Origin: Octopus bimaculoides
Lineage: Eukaryota
Direction of reading: 5' to 3'
DNA length: 64,000 bases
Assembly (NCBI RefSeq): GCF_001194135.2
Contig: NC_068985.1
Coordinates: 77,562,568 to 77,626,567 of the forward strand
The notes under the pieces were generated by a model. That model did not search any database. It saw only the letters and a list, made by a program, of their open reading frames with translations, and was not told the DNA's origin. This document shows, piece by piece, positions 39,420-52,996 of the stretch. The translations under genes and the position numbers were made by a program. Each line of letters opens with the position of its first letter. Position 1 is the stretch's first letter.

Positions 39420-40210
39420 ATCTTTTCTTTCCTCCTAGAATATTATACATCACTTATTAAAACCTGAACTTATGTGGGGAGGCCCCTGTAGATTTCCAGA
39501 TGGTCATTTTAATTTCTGTGTTAGTTATTAATAATGGTCAGATATTTTAGAAGTTTCAACAAATAAATTACTTATAGAAAGAGGAAAGCAGACAAAACCA
39601 AGCATAAATGATGATCTCCTTGAACTTCAGAATTATAGAATAAAGAATTGTGCTGAGAATATAGGAAATGTACTTATTTACATGTACTATGGAATAATTA
39701 TTCAGCAATGAAAACTATAGAAGTATTATTCAATAAAGGAAGGAAAAAAAATGATATCAAATTGTTGAAAATATTGTAATTGTATATTTTGAAATGTTTC
39801 ATTTTTGGATAATCTTTTGAAGTTGTAGCTGTTTGTTTGTTTGTTTGTTCCAAAAAGAAAAGAACTACCTTCCAATGGACTGCTTTTTTGACTCATTATT
39901 TATATGTTCGAGAAAGAGACCTTTCTGTCTGAAAGTATTGGCAGAATTCCATCTATCTAACTCCCTTTCATCTCATAGTTGTGATGCTCGTTTGCTGTCA
40001 TTAAAGAACACCAAAATGTTTCAGCAAATGTTAAGGTACAGCTATTACATGGAAAGCAGAACAACAACAAACTATAAAAACAACCTTCTTTGAATTTCTA
40101 GTTAGTTGCACTATCTGCTCACCAGACTGTGACGTCATTCATCACTAGCAAGTTCTTAAGATTTTTTTTTTTCTTTTTTCCTTGAAGCTTACCTTATCTG
40201 GAAGAATGGT

Positions 40211-40420
40211 TTAACGCTGTCGTTACACTGCCTTTGTTTCTGTTAATTTCGATAATGGTAAAAAGTTTAATAAGATAATTCTGTTAAAATAGTGCTTGGA
40301 ACATGAATTGACAAGAAATTCTATTGGAAAGTCTTCTAGATCACTCTAAAACAAAAAGTTTATACCATAGAACCCGAGGCAATGCAGCGATCTCAGGTGG
40401 ATTGTTATCAAAAGGGTTAA
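40211..40420. mobile_element. TTAA-flanked MITE family 2; other copies 44273-44499 and ~47215-47420
   Basis: TTAA-C.CT.TC ... AAAAGGG-TTAA; interior shared with 44273-44499 (ctg..tttgtttctgttaattt, tggaacat, tagatcac). Confidence 0.65.
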
Positions 40421-40719
40421 ACTGCTTAGGGAATACCCCTCCCCTCACACACACACACACAAAGAAGAAACTTATTTACTTGCTGAAGTTATCTCCTTAT
40501 TTTAGTTGTGTAGAAAAAAAGTATTGAGCCATCAGTTTATCAAGCATAAGTTCACATTCCATAGCAAATGTAGTGTTTCGGTATGTATAATTTGGATTCT
40601 GCACACCAGAATCAATGTGGTCAAGTAAGTACAGTATTGAACTTTTCTACTTATCAAGGAATTAGGAATTCAAATCCCCTGTTGGCTTTTTATTTATTTA
40701 TTTATTTGGACAAAAAAAT

Positions 40720-41060
40720 GTCATACTTAATATCTTCCATTCTTAAAGGTTGATGTTGCTCTTCTTAAAAGTGGTCTTCAAATCGTCTTTGAGCTGACTT
40801 TTTTTTCCCCTGCTAGCTAGAACAGTCAAGGATCCTGTAGGGGACGTGCAAGTCAATCATGTTCACAACATGTCTGGGCCATCTCAGTTGATAACTGCAT
40901 AATTTGTGTTCAAAACAGGTTCTTGTATATGTAATCCTACCCAACCAGTTGACTGAAAAGGTCTTCCAGATATAATATTAAAGGCCTTTTGGTTCTTATT
41001 TAGTGTATCACCTTTATATTTTTTGATCAATGTCTCATTCCTATGCTAGAGACTGAAAAT
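40720..41060 (-). mobile_element. RTE-clade LINE 3' remnant
   Basis: Minus strand QLRWPRHVVNMIDLHVPYRIL ... QLKDDLKTTFKKSNI. Confidence 0.65.
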
Positions 41061-41174
41061 ATTGACAGCTTTGCAGAATAGGATTTTGGTATGTAAGTTA
41101 AGGTGGTTGACAAAATACCCTGTAGTATTTTGTTATATCTCTTTATGTTGTGAGTTCAAATCCTGCCAGTTCTA

Positions 41175-42389
41175 TTGTCATCCCATAAATAATGCGTTTT
41201 TTTCAATTACATGACCTAAAAGTCAGAGGGGGAACAGGATCAACTACCTGCATCAACTTGCTATAAAAGAAGGTAGTAATTTTACCTTGTCTGTATTCTT
41301 AGTGCAAGTTTTAAAGAGTGCAGTTCAATTTTAACAGTTATTTTTTCAAAGCTATAATGGAAGTGACAAAAGCTATAATGGAATATTTGGCATATTTCGC
41401 TTTATGAGTTAAGTAAAGGCAACAACGCAACGGAAAGTGTGAGGAATATTAATGTAGTATCTGAGGATTGGACAATAAGCATAAGCCAGTGTCAATAGTG
41501 GTTTCAGAAATTCTGAGCCAGAAACTACAGCTTAGAAGACAAGCCTCATCTTGGAAGATTTGTAGAGCTCAACGAGGACGTCCTGCAAACCCTGGTGGAA
41601 CAAAATCCCATTGTAACTGTTGAGGAACTAACAGAGGAGCTTGGATTTGGTCATTCAAGCATTCATTGACACCTGCATGCCATCGGAAAAGTCATCAAGT
41701 TGGGTCAATGGGTTCCTCACAAACTTTCCGAGTCTAATTGTGTGCAGAGAGTGAATGTGTGCTCTTCTTTGCTGTCACGTCTCACGAATGAACCTTTTTT
41801 GTCAAATGCCGAAGTCATTGGTTAGGGAAAGGAGAAAGACCGGTACCCCAGGCTAAAAGAAGTCTTCACCCATGTAAGGTGTTGTTATCTGTTTGGTGGG
41901 TTATGAAAGGTTTAGTCCACTTTAAACTTTTAAACTCAAATGATAACAAAGGAGATCTACTGCTATAGCAGCTTGAGCAGCTTAAGTCAGTGCTAGAAGA
42001 AAAACAACCATCTTTGTTTTCAAGGCAAAAGGTGTTCTTCCATCAGGATAATGCTTAGCCACATACAGCAAGGATGACATTCGAAAGGCTGGAGGAGTTT
42101 GAATGGGAAACGATATTTGTCAGATATTGCCCCATTTATTCTGCAATCTTCAAAATCATTTGGACGGACAAAAGATGAATTTTGTAGACGAGGTCAGAAC
42201 AGTACTGGAAGAGTATTTTTTGTCACAGATAAGTGAATTTTGGAAGAGTGCCCTTGCAAGTCTACCAGATAGATGTAAGAGCATTGTAGAAAATGGAGAG
42301 TATATTTTAGTTTAAAAACAGAACTTTATCTTGATTTTGAATAATAAAAGAAGTATTAAAAAAAACACGTTATTTATGGGATGACACAA
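41175..42389 (+). mobile_element. mariner (DD34D family) second copy, inactive, truncating a SINE-A copy
   Basis: TA-ttgtcatcccataaataatgc ... ttatttatgggatgacacaa-TA; QWVPHKL and FHQDNA motifs; colinear with 20731-21999. Confidence 0.95.
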
Positions 42390-43102
42390 TACCTATATAT
42401 TATATATCAGAAGAGATTCTCTCTCTTTTAATGGTAAATCNNNNNNNNNNNNNNNNNNNNNNNNNNNNNNNNNNNNNNNNNNNNNNNNNNNNNNNNNNNN
42501 NNNNNNNNNNNNNNNNNNNNNNNNNNNNNNNNNNNNNNNNNNNNNNNNNNNNNNNNNNNNNNNNNNNNNNNNNNNNNNNNNNNNNNNNNNNNNNNNNNNN
42601 NNNNNNNNNNNNNNNNNNNNNNNNNNNNNNNNNNNNNNNNNNNNNNNNNNNNNNNNNNNNNNNNNNNNNNNNNNNNNNNNNNNNNNNNNNNNNNNNNNNN
42701 NNNNNNNNNNNNNNNNNNNNNNNNNNNNNNNNNNNNNNNNNNNNNNNNNNNNNNNNNNNNNNNNNNNNNNNNNNNNNNNNNNNNNNNNNNNNNNNNNNNN
42801 NNNNNNNNNNNNNNNNNNNNNNNNNNNNNNNNNNNNNNNNNNNNNNNNNNNNNNNNNNNNNNNNNNNNNNNNNNNNNNNNNNNNNNNNNNNNNNNNNNNN
42901 NNNNNNNNNNNNNNNNNNNNNNNACAGAGTGTGACGACCCATCTAACAGCCCATGCCAGCACAGGAAATAGGCATAAAATGATGATGAAATGATGATAGT
43001 GATTAGTGTATGAAAATTCCTTCTTTAAAGTAACGAAATGAAACAAAAAGAAAAAAGAAAAAAATACAGTATGATAACGAGCAGAAAAAAGTGTGACCTC
43101 TC

Positions 43103-43144
<42 letters not shown>

Positions 43145-46100
43145 GCAAATAACTGATAAAAGTCAGGGTACATTGTTTTTATAAAATACTCATGTATACA
43201 CACACACAATACAATACAATACAATATGTCAGAAACATTTATACATCAATAGATATTGATCGCAATATCTATTGGAAATATTTCCTTCTTGCTATTGTGT
43301 GATAGTTTCTGACTCAACATTCATTGAAAGCAAAACAACCACATAATCCCATCCTCCACACATACACCTCAAAATATATCCCTCTGCCTCTTTACCCTTA
43401 GGAGTGAAACTTCATCTTGTGGCAGAGGGCATTCTCCTTCATCTCTCCTCCATTCCCCAATCTTTTTCCTCTTTCTTTTTGTATCTGATACTCCTCTGTT
43501 CTAGTGCATTCTACTAGATTGAACTCACTGATCCACTCTCCAACCAACCATCCGTCCAACCATGTGTGCAATCAGTTGATTTGATACCATACAGTTTTTA
43601 TGCTTCATTGCACAGCATTTCTAACACCAGCCAAGTACAGAGACAACAAAAAAAGTTTCCATGACTAATAGAAAGTTGAGGAGGAAGCAATGCTTTAGAA
43701 TGGGGGGGATTGTAGTGTGTGAGAGAGGGAGAGAGAGGAGAAAGCACATTCCTCTCTGCTTCGTGATGTATTGTTAAATTCGCTTTAATAAACATAAGCA
43801 TTGTTGCCTCACCAAGAACTTGGTCTCTCAATTTACCTCTTTTGTTGATGTTCTTAGCAATAACACCTGTTAAATAATCATGTCTAGTCTCTTGTTTAAT
43901 TGGAGCTAAGAAACTTCTTTTATTTGATTATTTATTTGTCTATTTATTTATTTAATTTATTCTGAATTTGGAAATGTTGCAAATGAGAAATGTGTACTGA
44001 ATTAGTTTTACTATTTTAAAGGTTTCTTCATTCACTGTTATTACTCCTGTTTTTGTGATGATTCTCTAGTATCTAGATCACCACCACCATCATCATTGCA
44101 ATAGGAATTTGACTAAACATCAGAGTTCTGTGTTCCATTCTTGCCAATGTCTGTTTTAACCTTCAATTTTTTTTCTGTGTGGTAGTAAGGTAATCCCAGC
44201 AGTATACTGGATTTAAATAATTTGACAATACCACTCCCATGAAAGTAATCAACTTTGTGGCTGCTTCTTCCCTTAACCCTTTCATTAAAATATTTCTGCT
44301 GAAATACACTGCTTTTGTTTCTGTTAATTTCAAAAATAATTAAGAATTTCATAAAAATAACTATCATTAAGTCAGTGTTTGGAACATAAATTAACATGAA
44401 ATTTTAATGGAAGCTTTTAATTTAGATCACTTTTAAACGGGAATTTTGTATCAAAGGACCAAGGGCAGTCTGAAATGAGTTGGTACCCAAAAGGTTTAAA
44501 AAAAAAAAAAGTACTGATCCCAGATCTACCTTTCATTCTGTCAACATCAGTAGTGGCAACCCAAAGAAAATACTAGATACGAACTATGTCAGATTCGAGT
44601 AGTTTCTGTGTTGTTAGTATTTTTATTATTGTTGTCTTAGCTCCAGTTCAGTCCTAGCTGAGTAGTCCTATATTCAAGACAACTCTTTTGTAAAAATATG
44701 TTGGATTATATTATCTGATTTGTTACTTTCTATGATGGTTGAAAGGTTGAATGTTTTAGTAGAGTCATTAGAATATCCAGTAGTATACTAGTATACCTTG
44801 TGATATCCATTCCAGATCACTGTGCTCTGATGAGATCAATTTTGCCTTTTGTCCTTATGGGGTCAATAAATAATGTATTACTGTATATACTTGTGGATAG
44901 ATCACACCTTTAGTTCGAAGTTGTCAAAGTAGGTATTTGTAGTTGATTCACAGATAGGTTGCACTATAATCTGGGGAGTTACATGGCTCTTTTTTTAATA
45001 TAAATGTAACTAATATTTGTTAAATATTATCAAAGATTCACTTTTATTTCAAAACTTTGCTTCCAAATATTACAACATTTTTGCAGAAGTGACTTTATGA
45101 AATTAGTCCAATTGATAAATCAACTTGCCTGCTGATTCGTTCAGACCCCTGTGGTGTAGAGTGAATAGGTCTCTCTCCTGATTTTTATGGGAATTTTCAG
45201 TAAAGAAAATGCAACTTATCTGTGGGTACATACAGTAGTCCAGTACTGGTTTTGGGATGGCAGCAATTCTTTTTCTCTCCTTTCTTCCTTTTTCATCACT
45301 TTGTTATTCTTATTAATTTTTTTTCTTTTCACCCTTTCTTGTTTTCACCCTTTTTCTTCTCGCTCTTTTTTCTTCACCTTTTTCCTTCTTTGTCTTCACC
45401 TTCTGCATTTACACATTCTATTTCTTTGTCATCTTCTTCACCTTCTTTCCCCTTCTCTTCACTTTATATTAAATCATCAATGTCCAAACCTTGAGGGATG
45501 ACCACTATCAGGATTTAAAATGTCCACGACCTCCCATAACTCATAATGGTATTCCAACTGCCATGACCACCCCCAAGAGGGTATAATGTGATTTCAGGGA
45601 GATATTGCTTTATTGGCTATTTCTAGCAAGTTGGTGACTATGTAGAGGGCCCCCATCAGCTGTACAGTAGGTAGTGAGTCATTTTCATAATCTATATTCA
45701 GTGATGTTATTTCTTATTATTTTCTTCATTTAATTTTGTTGTTGCTGTCCCAGCCATTAGTGTTGAAAAACAATTCATTTGGTTGGCTGTTCTGTGTTTG
45801 ATGATATATTACCATTGGTTAAACCAGGATGGGATGTGTAAAGTACTCTTGTCGGGGTTTGCCTGTGTAATGGGAATTAGAAATATTCAGGGTGGCTATG
45901 TTTTGTTTGTTTTTAATACTTTATTTTAAAGGGGAGTGGAGTGGGATACGGATACTTTATGGGTGGTTGGAGTTGCAGTCAGAGAACAGGATGCAGTGGG
46001 TGGGATGAGGAAATGTGTTAGTATGAATGGAATATTGGGTGTGGATATGATACTCATGCCCGATTTATACAGAATACTGTGTTAACTAAGTGATATTGAG

Positions 46101-46334
46101 AATCTAGAGCAGTGGTGGTAGTGATGGTGACGGGAGTGGTGTAAACAGAGTCCATGAAATGTTAGCTGTTCTGGAGGTGTGTATATATCATGGAAATGTT
46201 AGGTGCTGGTATTTAATATTTTCTGTCTGCTCAGTTGGTGTACTGGTTCTAAAGTAAAAACATGTTATTTAAGGGCTTTCATGTTAGCCGAGCAGACAGT
46301 GCGTAGTTTGTACTTGGTATATTTCTGTCTGAAG

Positions 46335-46587
46335 CAGGAGCTCTCAGCCATTTTTTTTTTTTTTGCTTGTGGACCCCTTTCTTTCCCCTATTTTATTCTA
46401 CTGGCCTTCTATAGCCATTTGAAGTTTTAAAAAAAAACATTTTTTTATATATCATTAGGAATTGTGTAAAAAAATTAAACTATTTTGTGTATTATTGAAG
46501 TATAAACGATTTACTAAGCATAATTTTTTACAACTACATCTCATATGGACCCCAAAGGGTCATATGGGTCCCAGTTAAGAACCACTG
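46335..46587. mobile_element. hAT (Charlie-like) MITE
   Basis: Degenerate TIRs caggagctctcagcc / gttaagaaccactg with ggacccc subterminal motifs; TSD poorly preserved. Confidence 0.5.
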
Positions 46588-47988
46588 ATCTACGGTATGA
46601 TTTAGTGCTTATTCACGTATAAGAGCTTATGTAATCGCTAAATATTTTCCTAGATACAAAAAAAAAAAAAAACTTAAATAGCTACTACTAACTGAATGCA
46701 CCCTACCCTATTGGGTAAGCTTATTGACTGAAAAACAAATTGATCAGAAAGCAAATTGATTGGAAATGTATTATCTATCTTTTATTTTTTACTTGTTTCA
46801 ATCATTAGACTGTGGTCATGCTGGGGCACTGCCTCAAAAAAAAATTTTTTGTGAAATGAATCAACCACAGTACTTTTTTTTAAAGCCTGGTATTTATTCT
46901 CTTGGTCTCTTTTGCTGAACTGCTAAATTATGGGGATGTAAACACACCAACACCAGTTGTCAAGTGGTGATGGAGGACACACACACACACATGACAGGCA
47001 TCTTTCAGTTTCCGTCTACCAAATCCACTTACAAGACTTTGGTTGGCCTGAGACTATAGCAGAAGACACTTGCCGAAGGTGCCACACAGTGGGACTGAAC
47101 CTAGAACCGTGTGTTTGGGAAGCAAGCTTCTCACCACACAGCCATGCCTATTAGTTAGCAAAAAAGTAAACCAAAAGGTATATTTATTGAAAAATATTTA
47201 TAGGAATACATATTGGCCATTTTCTTGTCATATTTCTATTGAAATACACTGTTTTTGTTCCAGGTAATTTTGGAAATAATGAAGAATTTTGTAAAATAGC
47301 TTTTACACTTTAAAGTTAGTATTTAGAACAAAAATTGAGATGAAATTTTGATGGAAGGTTTTGGTCTAGATCACATTAAACCAGATGTAGTTTCAGGCAG
47401 TTTTGTACCAAAAGGCTTGAAATTAAAAATTCTTAGATTCCAACCATTATTCTGCTTTTTCTTGGATTAATATTGTTTCTGATGAGTTATCTTTCAAAAC
47501 AACTTGTTTTGCTAAGAATGTTTTTCTACAGGTATGTCTTTTGACCTGTGTTCTTCAGACCAGTATATTTGTGATAAAATATGTTTTTAATGAATGTTCC
47601 TAAACCTTTCCAACAGCATTTAAAAGATTCTACTCTCACCAATGCCACCACTACAATAAATCAACACAGTACCCTATACAAAGAAAAATCTCAAAACTCA
47701 GTAGTATGTTAGGTAGCTATTGCTAATCTACATAAGTTGAACCTGTGAGAAACAAAATAGGAATTTTAAAAGAAGTATTTGTAAAACTAGTTTTTAAACA
47801 TCAAATGGCTGTGGGGGTCCATCAAAATAATCAAAAGGATCCATGGGTAAAAAAAATAGTTGAGAATCACTGTTCTATATAGTCACCCACTTGCTTAGGA
47901 ATAATAGCCAATAAGAAAATACCACCAACTCTTTAATGACTCATGTTTGAGGTTTTGTATCAGGATGATATACATCCTGATGCAAAAC

Positions 47989-48069
47989 CTGTTGATAAAT
48001 AACACACATGTACAGCTGTTGATAAATGACACACATGTACAGCTGTTGATAAATGACTCACATGTACAG
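47989..48069. repeat. 27-bp minisatellite x3
   Basis: ctgttgataaat[a/g]ac[a/t]cacatgtacag x3. Confidence 0.95.
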
Positions 48070-48347
48070 AAGCTTATAATATATCACAACACCCAATGGC
48101 AAAATGTTATAAGGAAGAAGAAAAAAAAGAAGCTATTTCATATTCAGGTGAAAAGAAATTATTACTGGGGAATAGGTATTATGGAACGAGTAACTTGCCT
48201 ATCATTGTGCAGATCTCACATACACAATATTTTGAGTGATGGAAAACTTCAGCCAGCTGAGATCAACCAAGCAATTAGACAAATTTCCATCAACAAGTTT
48301 TAAATATCTAAAAGTAGCAATCAAGGGGAGTGGGTAATTTCAATAAG

Positions 48348-48441
48348 ATAAAATGATAAAAATTTTGGACACTATAAAATGATAAAAATTTTGGACACTA
48401 TAAAATGATAAAAATTTTGGACACTATAAAATGATTAAAAT
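48348..48441. repeat. 26-bp minisatellite x3.5
   Basis: ataaaatgataaaaattttggacact x3 (identical) plus a partial unit. Confidence 0.95.
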
Positions 48442-48929
48442 GGGTTTGGTCTTGTGTCTTCTATCACAGTACAGTCTCAGTGAGCAACATTTAATTCCTA
48501 GATTACAACCAGTTCACTTCTCTTACACTGTTAATGACCTAAACAAAATCAACAACGCCACACACCCATCTGCTTTAAAATTAGTATTTGGGTTGAGTGA
48601 GAACTGCCTTGTATCCAGTGATGCCAAAACATTCTTACTGTTTCTAGTTGAGTAGCTTTCTTTTGAGACATTTTGTTCTAATTCTGATTCACATTTTAGT
48701 TTCATCATTATCACTTTGTTTTTTCTCCCATCATGAGTTGCAAGGCCTCTTACTAATTTACAGTCCTTCATCATTTAGCATACATGATCAGCTAACTTTG
48801 TTGTTGTGTATGTCATTTTTAGCATGGTTTTTACAGCAAGACACTCTTCCAAATCACCAATCTTTTCACAATATGGACCAGGTGCATTTTATCATGCTAT
48901 TGGCACAAAATGCCTGTTAAAATAAAGAG

Positions 48930-49230
48930 TCCTTATTACCTTGTGCCAGTTTCTAAACAGCTGCAATGATGCAGCAGCTGTGGGCTGGAAGAGGTCTCAT
49001 GGCAGGCCTTGCACCAGATGGCTGGACATGAATGGAGAAGATTTCTAGAGGCTCAATGTCACTCACATTGGAGGATGCAGAAGGGCTAGCATGGGACAGC
49101 CAGTGCCGGAGAGCACTGGTGGACCTGATTGGCTCTCTACACATGATGATATCTCTGGGACCACTAACATGGGATAATCTCATCCCTATCAAGCAAGAGT
49201 ATGATGCAAGCAAGCAGTTTTTAAGTAGTT
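48930..49230 (+). mobile_element. RTE-clade LINE extreme 3' end
   Basis: WKRSHGRPCTRWLD and TLEDAEGLAWDSQCRRALV resemble the RTE GRP..RW.D ... A.DR..WR motifs. Confidence 0.6.
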
Positions 49231-49292
49231 ACTAAATGATTTGCTTGCTCTGCAGCTTGCTGAATCCATGTTCACTCATTTATTCTATTGTG

Positions 49293-49328
<36 letters not shown>

Positions 49329-50016
49329 ATACTTTAACCTCTCCACACTTGACATAAAGCCACTGCCCTCTCTCAAGTGCCCCCCCCACGTAATGTAGTA
49401 GGCTCTTTCTTTTTGTTCTTTTTTTTTCTTTTTTCTTTTTGTCATGCAAGTTAGTCAGCAACCTCACTTGTGGTAATTGCATAAGAAAAGCATCCAGTAC
49501 ATGGTGCAAAGTGGTTGGCATTAGGAAGAGCATTCAGCTTTAGGAACAATGCCAAAACTGAGGGTTAAGCGACAAGAAAGGCATCTGGGTGTAGAAAATC
49601 TACCCCCAAAGAATTCCCATTCAAGTATGGAAAGGTAGGCATTAAATGATGATGCTGCTGATGATTTTGTCGTCCAAATAGGAGAAAGAGTGTACAGTAC
49701 ATATATATAGCAGAGTTTATTTATTTGTGCAGAGCTGATGATCCATTCTGTAGTCACTCAGAATCACTGGCTTTGAGCATTCTTTCAGGCTGCAGAAAAA
49801 AAAAGAAAAAAAGGGAGGGATGCGACTAGGAAATTTTTATCAATGGAGGAAATAATTGAGCTGTTTGTTAAAAATGCGGTCACCTATTCTATACAATTAA
49901 TGATTAATTAAATGCTTTTTGTATTAGGTTAATAGATTAAGGGATGAAGTGGGTTTGTTGAGAGAAATGTGGATTTGTGTGAACTAAGTACACAAGTTGA
50001 TGAGGTAGGCATGTAT

Positions 50017-50118
<102 letters not shown>

Positions 50119-51125
50119 TTATATTGTCTGCGTACAAACATACATACAAATATCCATAGACATATACATGTTTGTATATGTTTATGGATATTTGTTTATA
50201 TATGTGGTTATGGTGAGAGGGTATATGAGTAGATGTTTCATTGGTTGCAGTGTTGATGTTAGAATGGTTGCTTGATAGTAATTAGTATTGGTAGTAGTAT
50301 TAGTGGTAATGATGTTAGCTAGCATTATAATTATTGTGAAAGCAGTGAGGTGGCAGGATCATTACCATGCCAGAAAAAAACACTTAGTGGCATATTCTTC
50401 TGACTTTACTTTCTGAGTTCAAATACTACCAGGGCCGACTTTGCCTTTCATCCTTTCAAGGGTCAATAAAATAGGTTCCAGTCAGGTATTGGTGTCAATG
50501 AAATCGACTAGACTCCCCAACCCAAATTTCAGGCATTGTGCCTATAGTAGAAAGGATTATGATGGCGAGACTGGAAGTAGCATTAGTTGTTGTTTTTGTT
50601 GAGGCAGTAGTTGTATTGTTGCTGTTGTGGTAGTGGCAATGATCCTGGCTGCCATGTCTCTTGTAATGGTAGTAGTAGTAGACGCAGCAGCAGTAGTTCG
50701 TGGTAGTGGTAACTGTGTAGTGATGGTGTTCATAGTGGTATCATTAGAAATACTTTGAGTTATCTTATTACCTACTACTGCTGCCACCACCACCACCACC
50801 ACTCCACTTTTTCCTCCTCTTCCTCCACCCCTCAGTGGTGCTTAAATTAGACTTGTAGTCTACTCTTGATTGTTGTGTAACTACTGAAACCATTGAGAAA
50901 TCAATCAGCCAATCGCTCGTGTCAACCAGTTCACACCACCTCTCACACCCACTCCAGTCACCACTCTCTCTTATCTTGCTAACACCACTCACATGCTTTC
51001 TCTGACGCCTCATCCTCTTCACACCAAGTAACCCTGTGATTTGAGAGGTTCGTTAGGAATGTGGTCACATATTTTAATACTGAGTTAATTAATTTGATTA
51101 ATTAATTGTGCGTGTGTGAGTATGC

Positions 51126-51156
<31 letters not shown>

Positions 51157-52187
51157 TGTGCGCATATGTGTACTGGATACATTTGTGTTCAAGGTAAGTA
51201 TCAATAATTTTAGAATCAGTTTTCTACTGAAATTGATTACCAATATGATAGATCTTCATCATTAATGGGTGAGTGAATGGGTGGTTGGAAGAATTGGTAG
51301 TGTTGTGGGCGAAATATGTTTTGTTTGGTTTTTAGACACACCTCTTTACATTCTGAGTTCAGATTCCACCAAGCAGTTCAACTTCATCCTTCAAGGCTCA
51401 GTATAATAAGCAGCAGTTAAATACTGTGGTAAATTTAAATGACTATATCTAGTTTAAAGATGTGAATTTACACTAATAATAATAATAATAATAATAATAA
51501 CAATCATTACCAATATTTTTACATTAGCCTTCCAATTGGTATGGGTTGGTTGAGATGTTTTGAGTTTCTATTCTATGGCTGGATTCCCTTCCTGATGCCA
51601 GCTTTTATTTTCCAATTAAGTTTACTCCCGCCCCCTCTTTAAAAAAAAAAAAATTGTAAGTTAAATCACAGGAGAATGTTTCATTCCTGGGAGACTTAAA
51701 CATTGTCACTACTTGCAAAACTTTGTCAATGTGTGAAGACACATGGATACAGACATGCACATGACATGCTTCCATACAATTTCTCTGTATCAAATTTCAC
51801 TCACAAGGCATTGGTCATCATGAGACTGCAGTAATAAAACATGCATCCAACTTGCCCCGTAGTGGTATTGAATTCCAAACCATGTAGTTTTGAAGCAACC
51901 TTCTTAACCACACAGCCATTCTTCTGCCTACTGTTGTGAAGTTATTTCACTTGTTTCCTATCCTGAAATTTGCTGTTGTGTGCTTTTGTTGTAAATCATA
52001 ATCTAATTATTGACACTAAAGTTACTAAAGTAGCAGAACTGAGACAGTGCTCGACTAAATATTTTGTGACATTTAGCTATATTAACAACAAAGCTGTTAT
52101 TTTGTTTACTTGGCAACAGAAAAGGCATCTGGCCACAGAGAATCTTCTCAAATCTATCAGACCCATGCAAGCATGGAAAAATAGACT

Positions 52188-52416
52188 TTAACCCTTTAGC
52201 ATTTAAACTGGCCATATCTGGCCCAAATACTTCTCTCTGTTTTGTGTTCAAACTAGTCAGATCCAGCTTTTAGCACCTATCTTATAATGTCATTCTGAAA
52301 ATAAACAACCACATCATCAAAATCTCAAAACTACAAGAAAATGCATGATTAATTAAAAACAGTGTGATTAAAAAGGCATTACATTTGATAAAGCAATCTG
52401 AATACGAAAGGGTTAA
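52188..52416. mobile_element. piggyBac-type MITE family 1; another copy at 53857-54080
   Basis: TTAA-CCCTTTAGCATTT ... GAAAGGG-TTAA. Confidence 0.85.
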
Positions 52417-52526
52417 AACAATGATGATGGTTTAGTTATGTTCGATTATGTTTTCAGTTTAGCTCTTTTGATGCCAACCCATCTGAGACCACCCTGGGTT
52501 CCATGTTATAAACTTCCTGTTTATAT

Positions 52527-52695
52527 CAGTGCTCTGCAACCGTTTCCAACTTGTGATACACTTATATCATTTTCAAAATTCGGCAGCACACCTGATCAAA
52601 AAATGTAACTAAAAGTACAGGGGAAAAAAATTATATTGAGGTTACACTGCAGCACACCTAGCATCATCTTGTGGAACACCAGTAGCAGAGCACTG
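52527..52695. mobile_element. hAT (Charlie-like) MITE, 169 bp
   Basis: TIRs CAGTGCTCTGCAAC / GTAGCAGAGCACTG (13/14 match); 8-bp flanks GTTTATAT / ATCTATAT (6/8 match). Confidence 0.75.
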
Positions 52696-52952
52696 ATCTA
52701 TATTAAAAAATGTACATGTACATATATACACAGACACATAAGGTGGCGAGCTGGCAGAATTGTTAGCATGCTGGGCAAAATGCTGAGCAGCATTTTGTCT
52801 TTCTTTATGTTCTGAGTTCAAATTCCAATGAGGTTAATTAACTTGGCCTTCCATCTTTTTGTGATCAATAAAATATGGTGTAATTGACCCCCCCCCCCCN
52901 NNNNNNNNNNNNNNNNNNNNNNNNNNNNNNNNNNNNNNNNNNNNNNNNNNNN

Positions 52953-52996
<44 letters not shown>

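Noticed and set aside
43247-43274. Perfect 12-bp hairpin CAATAGATATTG-atcg-CAATATCTATTG
   Set aside because: A single AT-rich 12-bp stem in 64 kb is near chance expectation, and nothing supporting surrounds it.
45187-45501. Hydrophobic 104-aa ORF as a membrane-protein exon
   Set aside because: It is low-complexity T/C-rich sequence with no splice or domain support.
47989-48441. CRISPR-like array from the 26-27-bp repeats
   Set aside because: The units are contiguous with no spacers, there are no cas genes, and the context is eukaryotic.
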